From assembly GCA_951406725.2 (NCBI GenBank), contig OX597817.1, forward strand, positions 87,812,001 to 87,936,000: a stretch of DNA of 124,000 nt. The letters are read 5' to 3'. Source of the stretch: Octopus vulgaris (Eukaryota). The notes beneath the pieces are model-generated. The model was not told the DNA's origin. It searched no databases and worked only from the letters and a program-made list of their open reading frames with translations. Made by a program: the position numbers and the translations under genes. Of this stretch, positions 71,937 to 84,376 are shown piece after piece; the stretch's first letter is position 1, and each line of letters starts with the position of its first letter.

Positions 71937-73205
71937 GAAATGACAGAAAAATTTAAGGTGGAGTACTTGCACTGACTGAGACTGATCCTTAAGTTGAAAT
72001 TAAATGGACGGAATAAGATCGAAGCTATCAACACCTAGATGGTTTCGCTCCTTAGATATGGAGCAGGGGTAATTGCATGGACAGTAGACTAACTAAACAG
72101 CATAGACAGAAAGACAAGAATGTTGCTAACTAGATATGGGTAACTCCACCCAAAAAGTGATACAGTCAGACTGTATGTACCAAGAAAAAGAGCGGGGAGT
72201 GGACTTATTGGATGCGAACACAGCATTAGAGCAGAAGAAAACAACATAGCATGGTATGTAAAAAATGCCACAGAACTGCTATTATTAGAAGTAAGAAGAT
72301 CAGGCTTGTGTAATGAAAGATTGCAAAGATAAAGCACTATATAAGAAATTGAAAACGAGTGAAACTGAAAATAGGTGGATAAAGAAAAGAATGCATGGTC
72401 AATTTCATAGGGATGTTGAAGATAAGACAAACAGAGAAAAAAGATGGCTGTGGATGACTAAGAGTGATTTAAAACCAGAAATGGAGGCTCTCATCTGTGC
72501 TGCCCAAGAGCAAGTACTAAGAACAAACTACATAAAATACGGAATAGACAACACAACAGTCAGTGATAAGTGCAGAATCTGTGGACAAAATGGTGAAACC
72601 ATATGGTATATTACCAGCCAATGTGCACCACTAGCCCAGAAGGAATATAAGAGATGCCACAACAATATAGCCAAGTTTGTCCATTAGACACTTTGCAACA
72701 AGTATGGACTTGACAGAGCAAAAATTTGGTATGACCACAAACCTGAAGGGATCGTCAAAAATAGAAATGCAAAGATCCAATGGGATTTTATGATTAAGTG
72801 CAACCATGAGATAGAGAATAGGAAGCCGGATATAGTCTTAATTGAGAAAGAAAACATCATAGATATAGCATGCCCAGCTGACAACAAGGTATGCGATAAG
72901 GAAGAAAGGAAATTTGATAGATATGTCAGATTAGCTTGGGAAGTTAAGCAGTTGTGGTCAATGAAAAAGGTAGCAGTAGTACCAATAATTTTCGGAGCCC
73001 TAGGAACAGTGAGCAAAAACCCTGAGAAGTACATGGAACAAATAGGGGCTGCAATGAGGGTGGAGCACTTGCAGAAAACAGCACTACTTGAAACTACTCG
73101 AATACTCCAGAAGGTGCTTGAAAAATAAGAGGTGTTACCTTAGTTCACTAGTACTGAACAGCTGACACTGTAGTACATCTCCAGCATTAGAAGCTGTGCA
73201 AAGTC

Positions 73206-73246
<41 letters not shown>
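71936..73246 (+). mobile_element. 5'-truncated R4/Dong-clade LINE (RT C-terminus, CCHC, PD-(D/E)xK endonuclease, (TAA)n tail)
   Basis: LHPKSDTVRLYVPR, ALICAAQEQ, KCRICG..ET..ITSQC, RKPDIVLIEK..IIDIACP..K..KFDRY, PIIFGALG; several stops; (TAA)n on both sides. Confidence 0.92.
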
Positions 73247-73248
<2 letters not shown>

Positions 73249-73295
73249 TTGAAAAATACCTTAGGAAATAGAACCCAGGTTTGAAATTTCCCCAA

Positions 73296-73340
73296 AACAT
73301 CTGATGATGGTTGGAGAGTATATCAGCCAAAACGTGTTAA
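73296..73340 (+). ncRNA. Minimal type I hammerhead-like motif, family H2 (degenerate; inverted copies at 71566-71612 and 71779-71817, another at 16439-16485)
   Basis: CTGATGA, stem II GG(C/T)TG/CAGCC, AAA in place of GAA, ACGT palindromic stem III, stem I ACAC/GTGT-like. Confidence 0.65.
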
Positions 73341-75479
73341 CAACAAACAAGATGACGACAAATATCCATCAAATGTAAATAATGTATGAGTATTTCTTCA
73401 CATATACTGTTCATATAAATGTATACATGCATTTAGTCTGTGTGTGTGTGTGTGTGTACACAAATATATATCTGTATATGTTTTGGCTCATTTGCTTATT
73501 TGAAATGTTGAGAAACTTGAAAATAATTTTTTTTTAAGTTGCTCTTCCAAAGAAAGCTATAAGTAATAAATTACATAATATTGAGTAAAAAAAACCCTTT
73601 GAATAAGATAAAATAGATATAATCACTTATACAAAATGAACAACATGTTTACTGTATGTCAGACAGTTATCGGGATTAGGAGTTTATCTGTAAAAGTGAG
73701 AGAGTGAATCTTTTTAAGGGGCTACTGATGAAGAGCCATGCTATAAACATCACAGCCCCTTTTGTTTTATCTTAAACTTTCTCTTGGCATCCATTTGACT
73801 TTTGTTTTTTTTTTCTGTTTTTGTTTTTATTTTTGACTTGTTTGTGTGTGTACATATATATATATATATCCTCATCATCACCATCACTCATCTTCCATGC
73901 TGGCATGGGTTGTCCAGTTTGACAGGAGCTAGCTAGGTAGAAAACCACTCCAGGCTTCTGTGTCTGTTTTGGCATGGTTTTTATATGCCAACCACTTCAC
74001 ATTGTGGACCAGATGCTTTTTATGTGACTCCAGCTCCAGCAGGGTCACCAAGTAACTTGCAAGACAAGGAATTTTGAGAAGGAAGAGGACTTTAGAGGAA
74101 GGGATCTTGTGTCAGATGACGAAATGTTAGAGTGTAACATTTGTTCACATTCTCATCTATTGCACACACATGCATACACACATTCTTCATACTGTGAAAT
74201 GCAAAATGGTGCAAGAATGCATTTTGCACCAAAAGCCAATATGGGAGTTTCATTCATGGTATCTTCTGGAGTGTAGTGTTCTAAGAGAACATCCATGTTT
74301 AAGTGGGGATAAATAATGCATGAATGAAACAAAAGTGAGTTATCTATGCTTTAACTATTGATGTTGTGAGAGACAGATAGATCATCTTTGTACAATCTGG
74401 AGATGTGGAGTCTTGCACACATGTTAATATTCTTCAATAACATCTATTATTATTAAATATGTATTTTCCAGTTTCACATAAGTTTCATGCTCTTTTCTTC
74501 TGAAACAACACCAAAGCCAGTTATTGTTTCTTGCACAACATTGCCTCACAGATCACACAACAATAAACATATAACCAGCCAATCATTTTCTGCTCAACAC
74601 ATTCTTGTAAATTTAGGTAGAACTTACCACTGAGTGGATCATGCCTCCCTATGATGGAGATATGAAAAGCTATTATAACACCAGATTGGAGTATACAGAC
74701 AAACTATACTTGACTCAGAGAGAACATATTTAAAAATATATTTCAACCAGCACACAAACTTCTTTAAGTTCAGTGGTGGAATCAGTACCACCTCTCTCTC
74801 ACAGTACGCCTAGAAACTAAAGGACAATGCAGTGAAAAATATCCCCATAGCTTGGAATGTACATGAGACTTCACATCCATATACCAAGGATGATAAATTG
74901 CATCATCTCATTTTTTTCTCATCTTTTTCTAAATTATTCTTTCTTTACTATTTATTTTGTTTTTTAACTATTAATTCGATGGTCATATTTGATGTTAGAA
75001 ATATGTTACATATAAGATTTGTAGCTAGTTGAATTAAGATATATTTTCCTACAGAATGAACTGATCCACCACTTCAAATACTATATGTACATTTGGGGTT
75101 TGAAGGAGGACCTGCTGTGTAGACTTTGTGAAGAAAGGGACACTCTGGCACAGCTTGTCAGGGCACAAAATAGCACTTACACAACAGAGATACAAGTGGC
75201 GCCATGACTAGGTGCTTGCAACACTAGCTCACATCCTGCAGCAGGATAGGCTCAAGAAACATCATCATACCATCTGATGATATCAGTTCCTTTTGGCCAA
75301 AGCTCCATTCACTTGGGTGAATAGAAAAGAAGTACCTTCTAGGTGTCATCAGAATATCCCATAGAATGGAATGATCCACCACTTTAAATACTATATGCCC
75401 CATATGTAAGCAGTGGGAGAATTATATAATTAACAAATAGTTTGTTGATTTGCAATACTGAACTTAATTCTATTTATTT

Positions 75480-75870
75480 TATCTGCTGTATGTAATAACA
75501 TTTTGGTCTGTCTGTCATTAAAGAATGTAATAATGTTGGAGTATGTCTGTCATTATGAAGGTAATAACATTGGGTTATGACTGTGTTGTTATAAAAAATA
75601 ATAATATTGTGGTGTGTATTTGCCATTGTAGAAGATAATAACATAAGGCATTGTGGTGTATCTGTATCATTACAGAAGGTAATAACTTAAAGGTGTGTCT
75701 GTCATTACAAAAGGTAATAACATTTTGGTGTGTCTTGGTCATTGTAGAAGGTAATAACATTGGGATGTGACTGTGTCGTTATAGAAGGTAAGGACATTGG
75801 AGTATGTCTATGTCATTATTGAAAGTGATAACATCAGCATTTATCTGTGTCATTATAGAGAGGACATTAT
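75480..75870. repeat. About 35-bp minisatellite (gtaataacatt.gg.tgtgtctgtcattatagaag)
   Basis: About 10 degenerate units ending roughly 40 bp before the exon at 75910. Confidence 0.8.
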
Positions 75871-75909
75871 GATGTATCAAGTGTCATCAAATTTCAACTT
75901 CCTTTTCAG

Positions 75910-76108
75910 GACTGCTGTTGCTCATCAACTTGCTCAGTTTACTGAGATTTGCTTGATGAATTCAGGAAATGAAAAATTTAATTGGCCATCTCAGAAGACA
76001 GTTGCAGAAACTTTATATGTGTGTCGCCTACTGTACAATACTTGTGAAGGTTTACATATCCTACAGAATTATCAGCTCCACAACTGCATAAAATATGCCT
76101 GGATTGAG
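75910..76108 (+). CDS. TBC1D32: TBC1D32 exon (TAVAHQLAQFTE...VCRLLYNTCEGLHILQNYQLHNCIKYAWIE), phase 2 to 0
   Basis: ccttttcag acceptor, gtaaga donor; strong resemblance to GAHIIAQF...[30 protein letters not shown]. Confidence 0.96.
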
Positions 76109-78589
76109 GTAAGATACACACACACAAAATTTAAATGTGTGAAATATTTTTGCCTTATCCAATCACCTTGGTAAAGAGTAGATATCACTGTTATTGGTAA
76201 TGTAACAAAATCATTTAGTAGAGATATATGTTGTACTCAAGTAGACATGAAATATTAGCATGTTTAAAAAAAATAAATCACTGAGGAAAATTACTCAGCG
76301 ACATCATCTGTATGGAAAACAAACAGAGGACCAAGATATGTTGCACATTGCTGTACTTAAGAAGACCCTGTCCACCACAACAGACCTCCTAAAACTATCC
76401 AACCCATACCAGTATGGAAAGCAGATGTAAAAACGATGGTGAAGATAGTGTGTGCGCATGTGTGTGTGTTTGTCTGTGTTTATGTTTGAGTTTATGACAT
76501 ATCTCTTTATATACAGTAATCTTGTAGTTCATCAAACAGAATTTGATAAACTTAGTACCTGACTGAAGTACTAGGGTCAATACAACATTCAAAGCTGCCC
76601 CAGGCACTGCCACTTTCTAAAGACTGAAACCAATGAGAAAGAAAACCCATCTGTATACTTAAATACACAGATGTGTTTAGATTGTTGAAGGTTTGTGCCT
76701 ACACTCTTATATACAAGCATATAGGAGCGTTAGAATATATTTTAATCCTTTTGTATTTAAACCAGCCATATCTGGCTGAAATACTCTACTTGCTTTATGT
76801 TCAAATTGACCAGATCCAACATCTCACACCTATTCGACATCATTGTAAAAATAAACAACCACATCATTGAAGCTGCAAGATAGTGCATTGTTTAATTTAA
76901 AACATTGAGAATAAATAAGCATTACATTTGACAGAATTATCTAGATGCTAAAAGGTTAAACTTTTGAGAAAATTTACTTTTCATGTGTCTGGAAACAAGA
77001 TCATATTAATAACAGAAAAATTAATAAAAATTTTTAATTATCAATTCTGTCTATTCTGTCAGCTTCTAGTTATTATTGCTTATATGCAGTATTACCATTT
77101 AATATGTTATGAAACTTTGCACAATGTTCAACTTGTGTTTTCTTGTGTTCTTTTGGATTGCATTCACTTAAATTATGATTATGGCGTTTTGTTTACTTTA
77201 TCAATTGCAATTATTTTTAGAGGTGTGAAATTTATTAACTGCTAACTTATGATTTATTGGGTTTCAGCTTGATTTATGCTCAGTGATTCTACTTCACTTT
77301 TTTGTGGAGTAATCACTATACAATTGTATCTAAAATGTTCTTTTAACGGCATGCTTTAAACCTTTCTCCAATAGTGTATATATACATATATATATAATTA
77401 TTTGCAAGATTCAATAGAAACGAGGTATTTTAACAATAAGGACTCCAAGATAGATTCATGGACAGCATACCTGTGTATCGACTGTGTGTACAGACACTCA
77501 CATATTTACTAGAGTATATACATATCTGTCCTTCCTGTTATGCATACATTCACAAGTGTAGACTAAATACATACAACATATACATAAAAATCGCATAAGA
77601 GTATACTCCAGCATGCAATCCATGGTCCACTGTAGGCTCAACATCCAATGTAGGGAAGGTTCTGAGTGTGATGTAGTATAAATAATAAACAAATGGGCTG
77701 ATGATCACTACAGCTGTTTTGGATATGTTTTTTATTGGTGAACTAATCGATTACATCATGTTAAAAAAATGTTTTCTTCAGGTGAATTAAAATTTAACAT
77801 TTAGAATTTTTCATACAAAGTGTGTAGAATGCATATTGACTCTCTCATCTTGGTACCGGTTGAGAAAGTAAATTGGGGAATGCTATTTTGAAGTTAAATA
77901 GATGTAGCAATAAATATGTCCTCGCCTCTAGAGAATGGAGGTTAAACAAAAAGAACTCACATCCCAATCATGAGAAGCTAGAGTTTAAGCAGTGGTGCTA
78001 ATTACTAGATAAAATAGATAGGGTGGCTCAATAAGTTAGCTTACATGCTGTGAAAACATGTGAGGAAATAAAAGATGAGAGATAATAAAAATAAAAATAA
78101 AATTAAATTAAAAAAGTACAAATAAAATTATCAGAATAACCATTATAAGAAAACAATAAAAAACAAAATGTAAAACATATGCTTGTATCTATGTCAAAGT
78201 CTGTGAGACTACATGCTGAATCTGGACAGAGTGGTGTCTTCCAGTTCAACAAGAGAAATTTGTCCATATGCCTACATTTAATAAAAATTTCAGATCTGGA
78301 ATTTAGTAGATCTTAGATCTAATGGCAGTATGAGATCTTTCAGCCTCACAAAACCTGCATCTCTTTGATCTACTAACATATGGTGTAGATTGTTCCACGA
78401 TGCTCCACCTGATGGTGGCCTTCAGATCCCATTTATAGCTATTTCTAATTTTATCGCTTTCTTCTTATCTATGTGTTGGAAAGAAGACTGGTGGTTTTCA
78501 CATCTTTCTTTTATAAGTCACCTTGGTATATACCAATGTAATTTTTCTTGTATATCAATAATTTTAGCAAGTTCTGCTTGATTCCATAG

Positions 78590-78678
78590 GCCTCTCTTGA
78601 AGCTGAGAATTCTAAGACACCAATACCAGAAGAAGATGACAAAGAAAAAGATACTTTAAAAAGCAACTCAAAAAGCTG
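78590..78678 (+). CDS. TBC1D32: TBC1D32 exon (ASLEAENSKTPIPEEDDKEKDTLKSNSKS), phase 0 to 2
   Basis: ttccatag acceptor, gtaagt donor; resembles TSLLSERIPTPVEGSD. Confidence 0.88.
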
Positions 78679-78779
78679 GTAAGTCAACTTTTTAACTTTG
78701 TGTGTTTACATGGTCAGATTGGCTAATATACTTTCAGAACAATTACCTTCCCTGCTAATTACATCTCCTAGGTAACAAA

Positions 78780-79900
78780 AGCTATCAACAACTTTTGTTG
78801 TGAGCTATCCAGACATTTAAGAGAATCTATTTCTAGTATTCTTGTAGCATGTACAGCTTAGATGCATCTATCATATATGAAACTTACTTCCTCTCTTAGT
78901 CTATCTGTTATTCTACTATATCTTTTGTGTACGTATAGCTTACACTGGATACAACATATGGTATCTATACTTACTTTTCTGTTTATCAAGCAAAATACAA
79001 TTCCTGGAGACACCAGGGTCCTGTGTTCTTTCCCACTTACTAAGACCTTACAAAAAACTTTACCAAGTTTACTTTGAGGCTTCTGGATTCTAGGTTTAGC
79101 TTTCTTGCTAGGTATTTCCTCTTAAATTCACTTATAGATTCAGCTATGAGAATTAGATTATCAATATATAGGAATCCCCATGGACAACCAGTCTTAAAAT
79201 CCTCTTTGATTACCTATAGGACTTTGATGAATAAGAGTAGATTAAAGACTGAACCTTGCTGGACTCCTGCCTTCACACTAAATTCATCACTAAAATCATT
79301 GTTGACTTTCACTTTACTTATTGTCTTTGTTCATAGTTTGTACAGTTCCCACAGGCCATTTGTCTACACCAAGTTTTCTTAGACTGTGGAAACTGTACAA
79401 ACTATGAACAAAGTAAGTAAAGTGTCAACAATGATTTGATAGAATGCTACCCTATCAAATGCCTTTTCCAGTCAATGAATTTCAGAAATAATGGTTTAGT
79501 CTTACCAAATATTTCTCTTGCCATTGCCTCACAGTGAAGATTGCATCAGTGGTACTTCTTCTAGGCACAAAGCCAAGCTGCATCTCTTCTAGGTTTACTC
79601 AATTGATCTATCACAGATCAACTGTGCTATGGTTCTTTCCATGACTTTATAATATGATCCAGTTGTTTGATTCCACTATAATTTCTTCTCTGTAAGGCAC
79701 CTCCTTTCCCTTTGTAGCAGTTTACAATAATAGTGCTACATCAGTCTTTAGGCATGACACCTGCCTGTATAACTTGATTAACTACCCAGGTAGTAATCAT
79801 GAATCCTACCTCACAAGATTTTTTTAAACACCTCTGCAACTACAGACCAACAGATTTTCTCTCTCTTTTCTTGTCCTTAATTGCTTTATTTACCACACTG
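78780..79900 (-). mobile_element. Decayed RTE-clade LINE
   Basis: Same RT motifs as 18800-19213 in more degenerate form (GVQQGSVF...GCPWGFLYIDNL). Confidence 0.75.
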
Positions 79901-80753
79901 CTGTAAACTTTAATTGCTAGTCCCTCTTGTTTAAGCATGAGATAGTCTCCCTATATTCCATGCATTTTCCACATTCAACAATCTTTCACAATAGTGTCTT
80001 TCTTATGGAAGACACTTGCTTGTCTTCCATAATTATGGTGCGTATGTTTTCATTGTCCCAAATACACTTCTCACCAATGACATCTCAGTTCTCACTCACA
80101 CACTGTTTTGCAATCCTAATCATTTTACACCTCTGATCCTCATGTTATGTTTAAATCTCTATCTGCCGTACTCTTTGCCAAATATAGCTGCCACCTAGCT
80201 GCTCTTCTAGCTATTAGGTAATACTCCCTCCTACCACCTTCCTTCCTTCCAGGTTTTTAAGCCTGTTTCTCAGCCTATCAACCATATCATTCCACCTCCA
80301 TATTAATTTCAAATTTTGGCACAAGGTCAACAAGTTCAGGAGTGGGTCTTAGTTGATTAAACCAGCCTCAGTGTTCAACTGATACTTATGTTATCAACCC
80401 TGCAAGGATGGAAAACAAAGTCATATTACCTTTGGTTTGGTTGGAACTTTTCAGCAGCCTCATGTCTGACCTGTAGCCCAATGCAGGTTATTTCATATAA
80501 ATTCCCAGTTGTCACCTATGCTACAGGTATTTTTTTCTCCTTTATCTTTTTTATTTGTCTCAATCATTTGACTACAGCTATGCTGGAGCACCACCTTGAA
80601 GGGTTTTAGTCAAACAAATTCACCCCAGGATGTATTTCTTAATCCTAGTACTTATTCTATTAGTATTTACAGGGACATAAACACACTAACACCAGTTGTC
80701 AAAGTAATGAGAGGACAAACACAGACAAGCACACAGATACATATATATATATT

Positions 80754-82159
80754 ATCGGTGCCACCTCACTCTCCCGCGAACATCTAGATTCCTTCCTCTC
80801 TTTCGTCCAATCTTTCCATCCAGCCCTCCACTTCACTTCCACTATCTCCAACACCTCTGTCTCCTTCCTCGACATTTCGGTTAGCATTCTTCACTCCACT
80901 CTTACCACCTCCATTCACTACAAACACACAGACTCACACTCATACCTCAACTTCTCTTCCTCCCACCCAGAACACACCAAGCTTTCCATCCCCTATTCCC
81001 AATTCCTCCGTCTACGTAGGCTCTGTAGTGACGACCATGACTTTGAGACTCAGTCTCAACGTATGGCTCACCACTTCACCCTACGTGGATACCCCCTCAC
81101 CACTATCCACACCGCCCTTGCCAGAGCACGGTCCGTGGACCGTGTATCTGCTCTCTCTCCCCGAACCCGCCCTGTAGTCTCCCGCCTCCCTTTTCCCCTC
81201 ACTTACCACCCCACGACCCTACGTCTCCAACGCACCATTCTTCGAGCTTTCCGTCATCTCCAGTCCGACCCGTCCACTTCACACCTCTTCCCTAACCGAC
81301 CCCTCCCCTCTTTCAAACGAGCCCACAACCTTCGAGACCTTTTGGTCCATAGCTCCTTCCCTGACCCTACCTCCCAACCCGGCTCGTTCCCCTGCTCCCG
81401 CCCACGTTGCCGCACTTGCCCTTACCTCTCCAACACCACCCGCCTCACTAGCACCCACCATCGACCCTATCCCATCATCCACTCCTTCACCTGCACCTCC
81501 AGCAATATTATCTATTGCATCTCTTGCTCTCTCTGCAATTCCTTGTACATCGGACAAACGGGACGCCGCTTGGCTGACCGGTTCGCGGAACACCTTCGTG
81601 ACATCCACCTTGCGAACGACACACCGGTCTCACGCCATTTCCGCTCCACCGGTCACTCCTTGCAACACCTATCTGTGTTCGGTTTGTCCTTACACAGAGG
81701 CCATCCGGATTCCCGTTTGCGCCGTGAACAGGAATTAATCTTCTCTCTTCGCTCTTATACGCCATTTGGTCTCAACTCTCCCCCCTCCTCATCTAACCCC
81801 CTCTCCCCCTCCTCACCTATCCTTTCTCCCCCGACCCCTACTTCTTCAGTCCTTCATCCTTTCACCCCCTACTCCCCTTCCCTTCTTCCCTCTTTCTCCC
81901 TCCCTCTTCCCCTTCCCTCTGCTCCCTCACTCCCTCTCTCCCCTTCTCTCTCCCCCTCTCCCTCTTTCCTCCTTCATCCCCCTCATCCCCTTCCTTCTCC
82001 CTCTGTGTATCTTTCTCTCTCTGTGTATCTTTCTGTTGAAGAGCGTAGGCTCGAAACGTTAAAGACTTGTTTTATTTATATTTCCTGAGCGCCATACTAA
82101 TACAATTGTTCGTTTGTTTTCCACCTGCCTTCGTCTTTTGTTTATTTTCATAAAGCTTC

Positions 82160-82180
<21 letters not shown>
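80754..82180 (+). mobile_element. Young 5'-truncated Penelope-like element (RT thumb, GIY-YIG endonuclease, 3' pLTR)
   Basis: Open frame from 80754: FVQSFHPALHFT..SFLDISV..YLNFSSSHP..SIPYSQFLRLRRLCS..NIIYCISCSLCNSLYIGQTGRRLADRFAEH; GC-rich; flanked by (TA)n. Confidence 0.96.
82028..82065 (+). ncRNA. Minimal type I hammerhead-like motif, family H1, in the Penelope pLTR
   Basis: TCTTT-CTGTTGA-A-GAGC(GTAG)GCTC-GAA-ACGT-T-AAAGA: stems I and II perfectly paired, palindromic stem III, U at core position 6. Confidence 0.75.
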
Positions 82181-82199
<19 letters not shown>

Positions 82200-82202
<3 letters not shown>

Positions 82203-82590
82203 CCAGTGGTGCCTCGACTGGCTTCCATAAAATGCACCATCCGAATTGTGGCCGATGCCAGCGCCGCCTCGACTGGCTTCCATGTCGGTGACACGTAAAA
82301 AGCACCATCCGAATCGTAGCCAAAGCCAGTGCCGCCTTGACTGGCTTCCATAAAATGCACCAATCCGACCGTGGCCGATGCCAGCCTCGCCTGGCACCAG
82401 TGCAGGTGGCACGTAAAAAGCACCCACTACACTCACGGAGTGGTTGGCATTAGGAAGGGCATCCAGCTGTAGAAACTTTGCCAGATAAGACCGGAGCCTG
82501 GTGCAGCCTTCTGGCTTCCCAGATCCCCGGTCGAACCGTCCAACCCATGCTAGCATGGAGAACGGATGTTAAACGATGATGATGATGATG
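82200..82590 (+). mobile_element. Young RTE-tail retroposon with internal sub-repeats
   Basis: Repeated gcctcgactggcttcc/gcaccatccgaa units followed by the standard tail and (gat)n. Confidence 0.8.
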
Positions 82591-83965
82591 ATGATGATGA
82601 TATATATATACACACACACACACACACAACAGGCTTCCAGTTTCTATCTACCAAATCCTCTCACAAGGCTTTGGTTGGCCTAAGGCTATAAGTAGAATAT
82701 ACTTGCCCAAGATGCCACACAATGGGACTGAGCCCAGAAACATGTGGTTAAGAATCATGCTTCTTACTACACAACCACACCAGCGCCTATGTTCTAAATC
82801 ATTCTTTCTACGGTCATGTGTCAATTAGAATTTCTCTGCACCAATTTTCAATTGTGAAATCTTTTAGTTTCCATATCTTCATTCTCAATCTCATCTTTCA
82901 TTTTGGTGCCTAACTTTGATTTTGAAGTTACACACCACCGATTAATGTTGTGTAGTACATCCTTCATCACATATTTTAAAAGATTATATGTGGAAAAATG
83001 TTTCTAAAATATAATAACAATTGCTGGCAAAGATCATTTGGAAGGTGGAGGGGGTCAGTTGCTTCATAGTTGGAAGAAGAAAACAAAATCCTAGTAGTAA
83101 TTGATAGAAACAATCAAACAAAAGGGGAAATAATTTTAAAACCTTAAGAATTTTACAGATAATTGAAATTTCATGCTTAGCAAAAAATTCTGATCTTTGT
83201 TAAGGGGGACAACTCTGAACATATTTCATTATTTGATACTTGTCAGCATCTATGATGCAAACATCAGCAACAAATATTAGTTATAATTAGCAGTACCTAT
83301 GGAAGTTCCACAATTATTTTGAAAATTGTATTATGAAATTGTATATTTTTTCTGAAACATTTGATTCTTGAGATATAAAAATTCACATTGGCTGCATTGA
83401 AGAGGCAATCAATCAATCAAACTGGCTAGCTACCTACCTATCAACCTCTACCTACCTACCTATCAACCTCTACCTACCTATCAACCTCTACGTACCTGTC
83501 TACTGTCCTATCTATCTACCTTCATACCTACCTATCCATCTATCTATCTATCTATCATTTTCTACTTACATTTGATGTATATATCTACTCTAACAATACA
83601 GACAAACATTTAAACCAAATAACTCAAAATTATAAGAAAACTAAATAATTGTGATGACCTTGCATGGCATCAACTGCTACACATAAACAGGTAAAAGTTA
83701 GATCCACAGCTATTTGCTAAGGTTATTTCACTTTGATTTAACTATGTATCAGTATATCTAGCTATCTGTCTTTCTATCTTCTATCTCTCAATGAATCTAT
83801 CTAGCCACATAGATACATCAGTGAATTGATGATATACAAATGGTTATACATTAAAACCTGTAACAACAACTAAACTTTTATTGTCTGTCACAATATTTTG
83901 TTATACTAGGTTTAAAATTATGTAACTGCTTTCCACTCCTGCATTCCTTTCAAGCAACACTCACT

Positions 83966-84052
<87 letters not shown>

Positions 84053-84376
84053 CAACTATCCCACATGCCTTTGCACTTAACATATTTATATCTCTTTTTC
84101 TACCTCTTTCTTCAACTAACTAACCACACAACACAATAGCGATACCCTTCTTGTACTTCTCAGTGCTAACACACACATACATACACACACTCTCTCTCTC
84201 TCTTCATTTCTTCCTTTAACTAGCCACTTCCCTGTGTCTTAGTGTAATGACTATTATTTTCTCCCTTCTTCACATCATTTAAACTTCTCTCTCCCACTTT
84301 TTCTTTCTTTCTTTCTCTCAAACTCTTCGAGCTAACTAACTGACAGCATAATCCATTTGGCCTGAGTGTATTAATA

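Larger units (their letters stand above)
71480..73381 (+). mobile_element. Composite element: inverted hammerhead terminus, tRNA-like head, (TAA)n, [Dong insertion], hammerhead terminus; flanked by a 15-bp direct repeat
   Basis: atgtatgagtatttc at 71465-71479 and 73382-73396; 71510-71617 is the reverse complement of 73288-73385. Confidence 0.8.

Noticed and set aside
81790-82088. Pro/Ser-rich C-terminal extension of the 341-aa Penelope ORF
   Set aside because: Read-through into the CT-rich 3' region after the GIY-YIG domain; not a recognisable domain.
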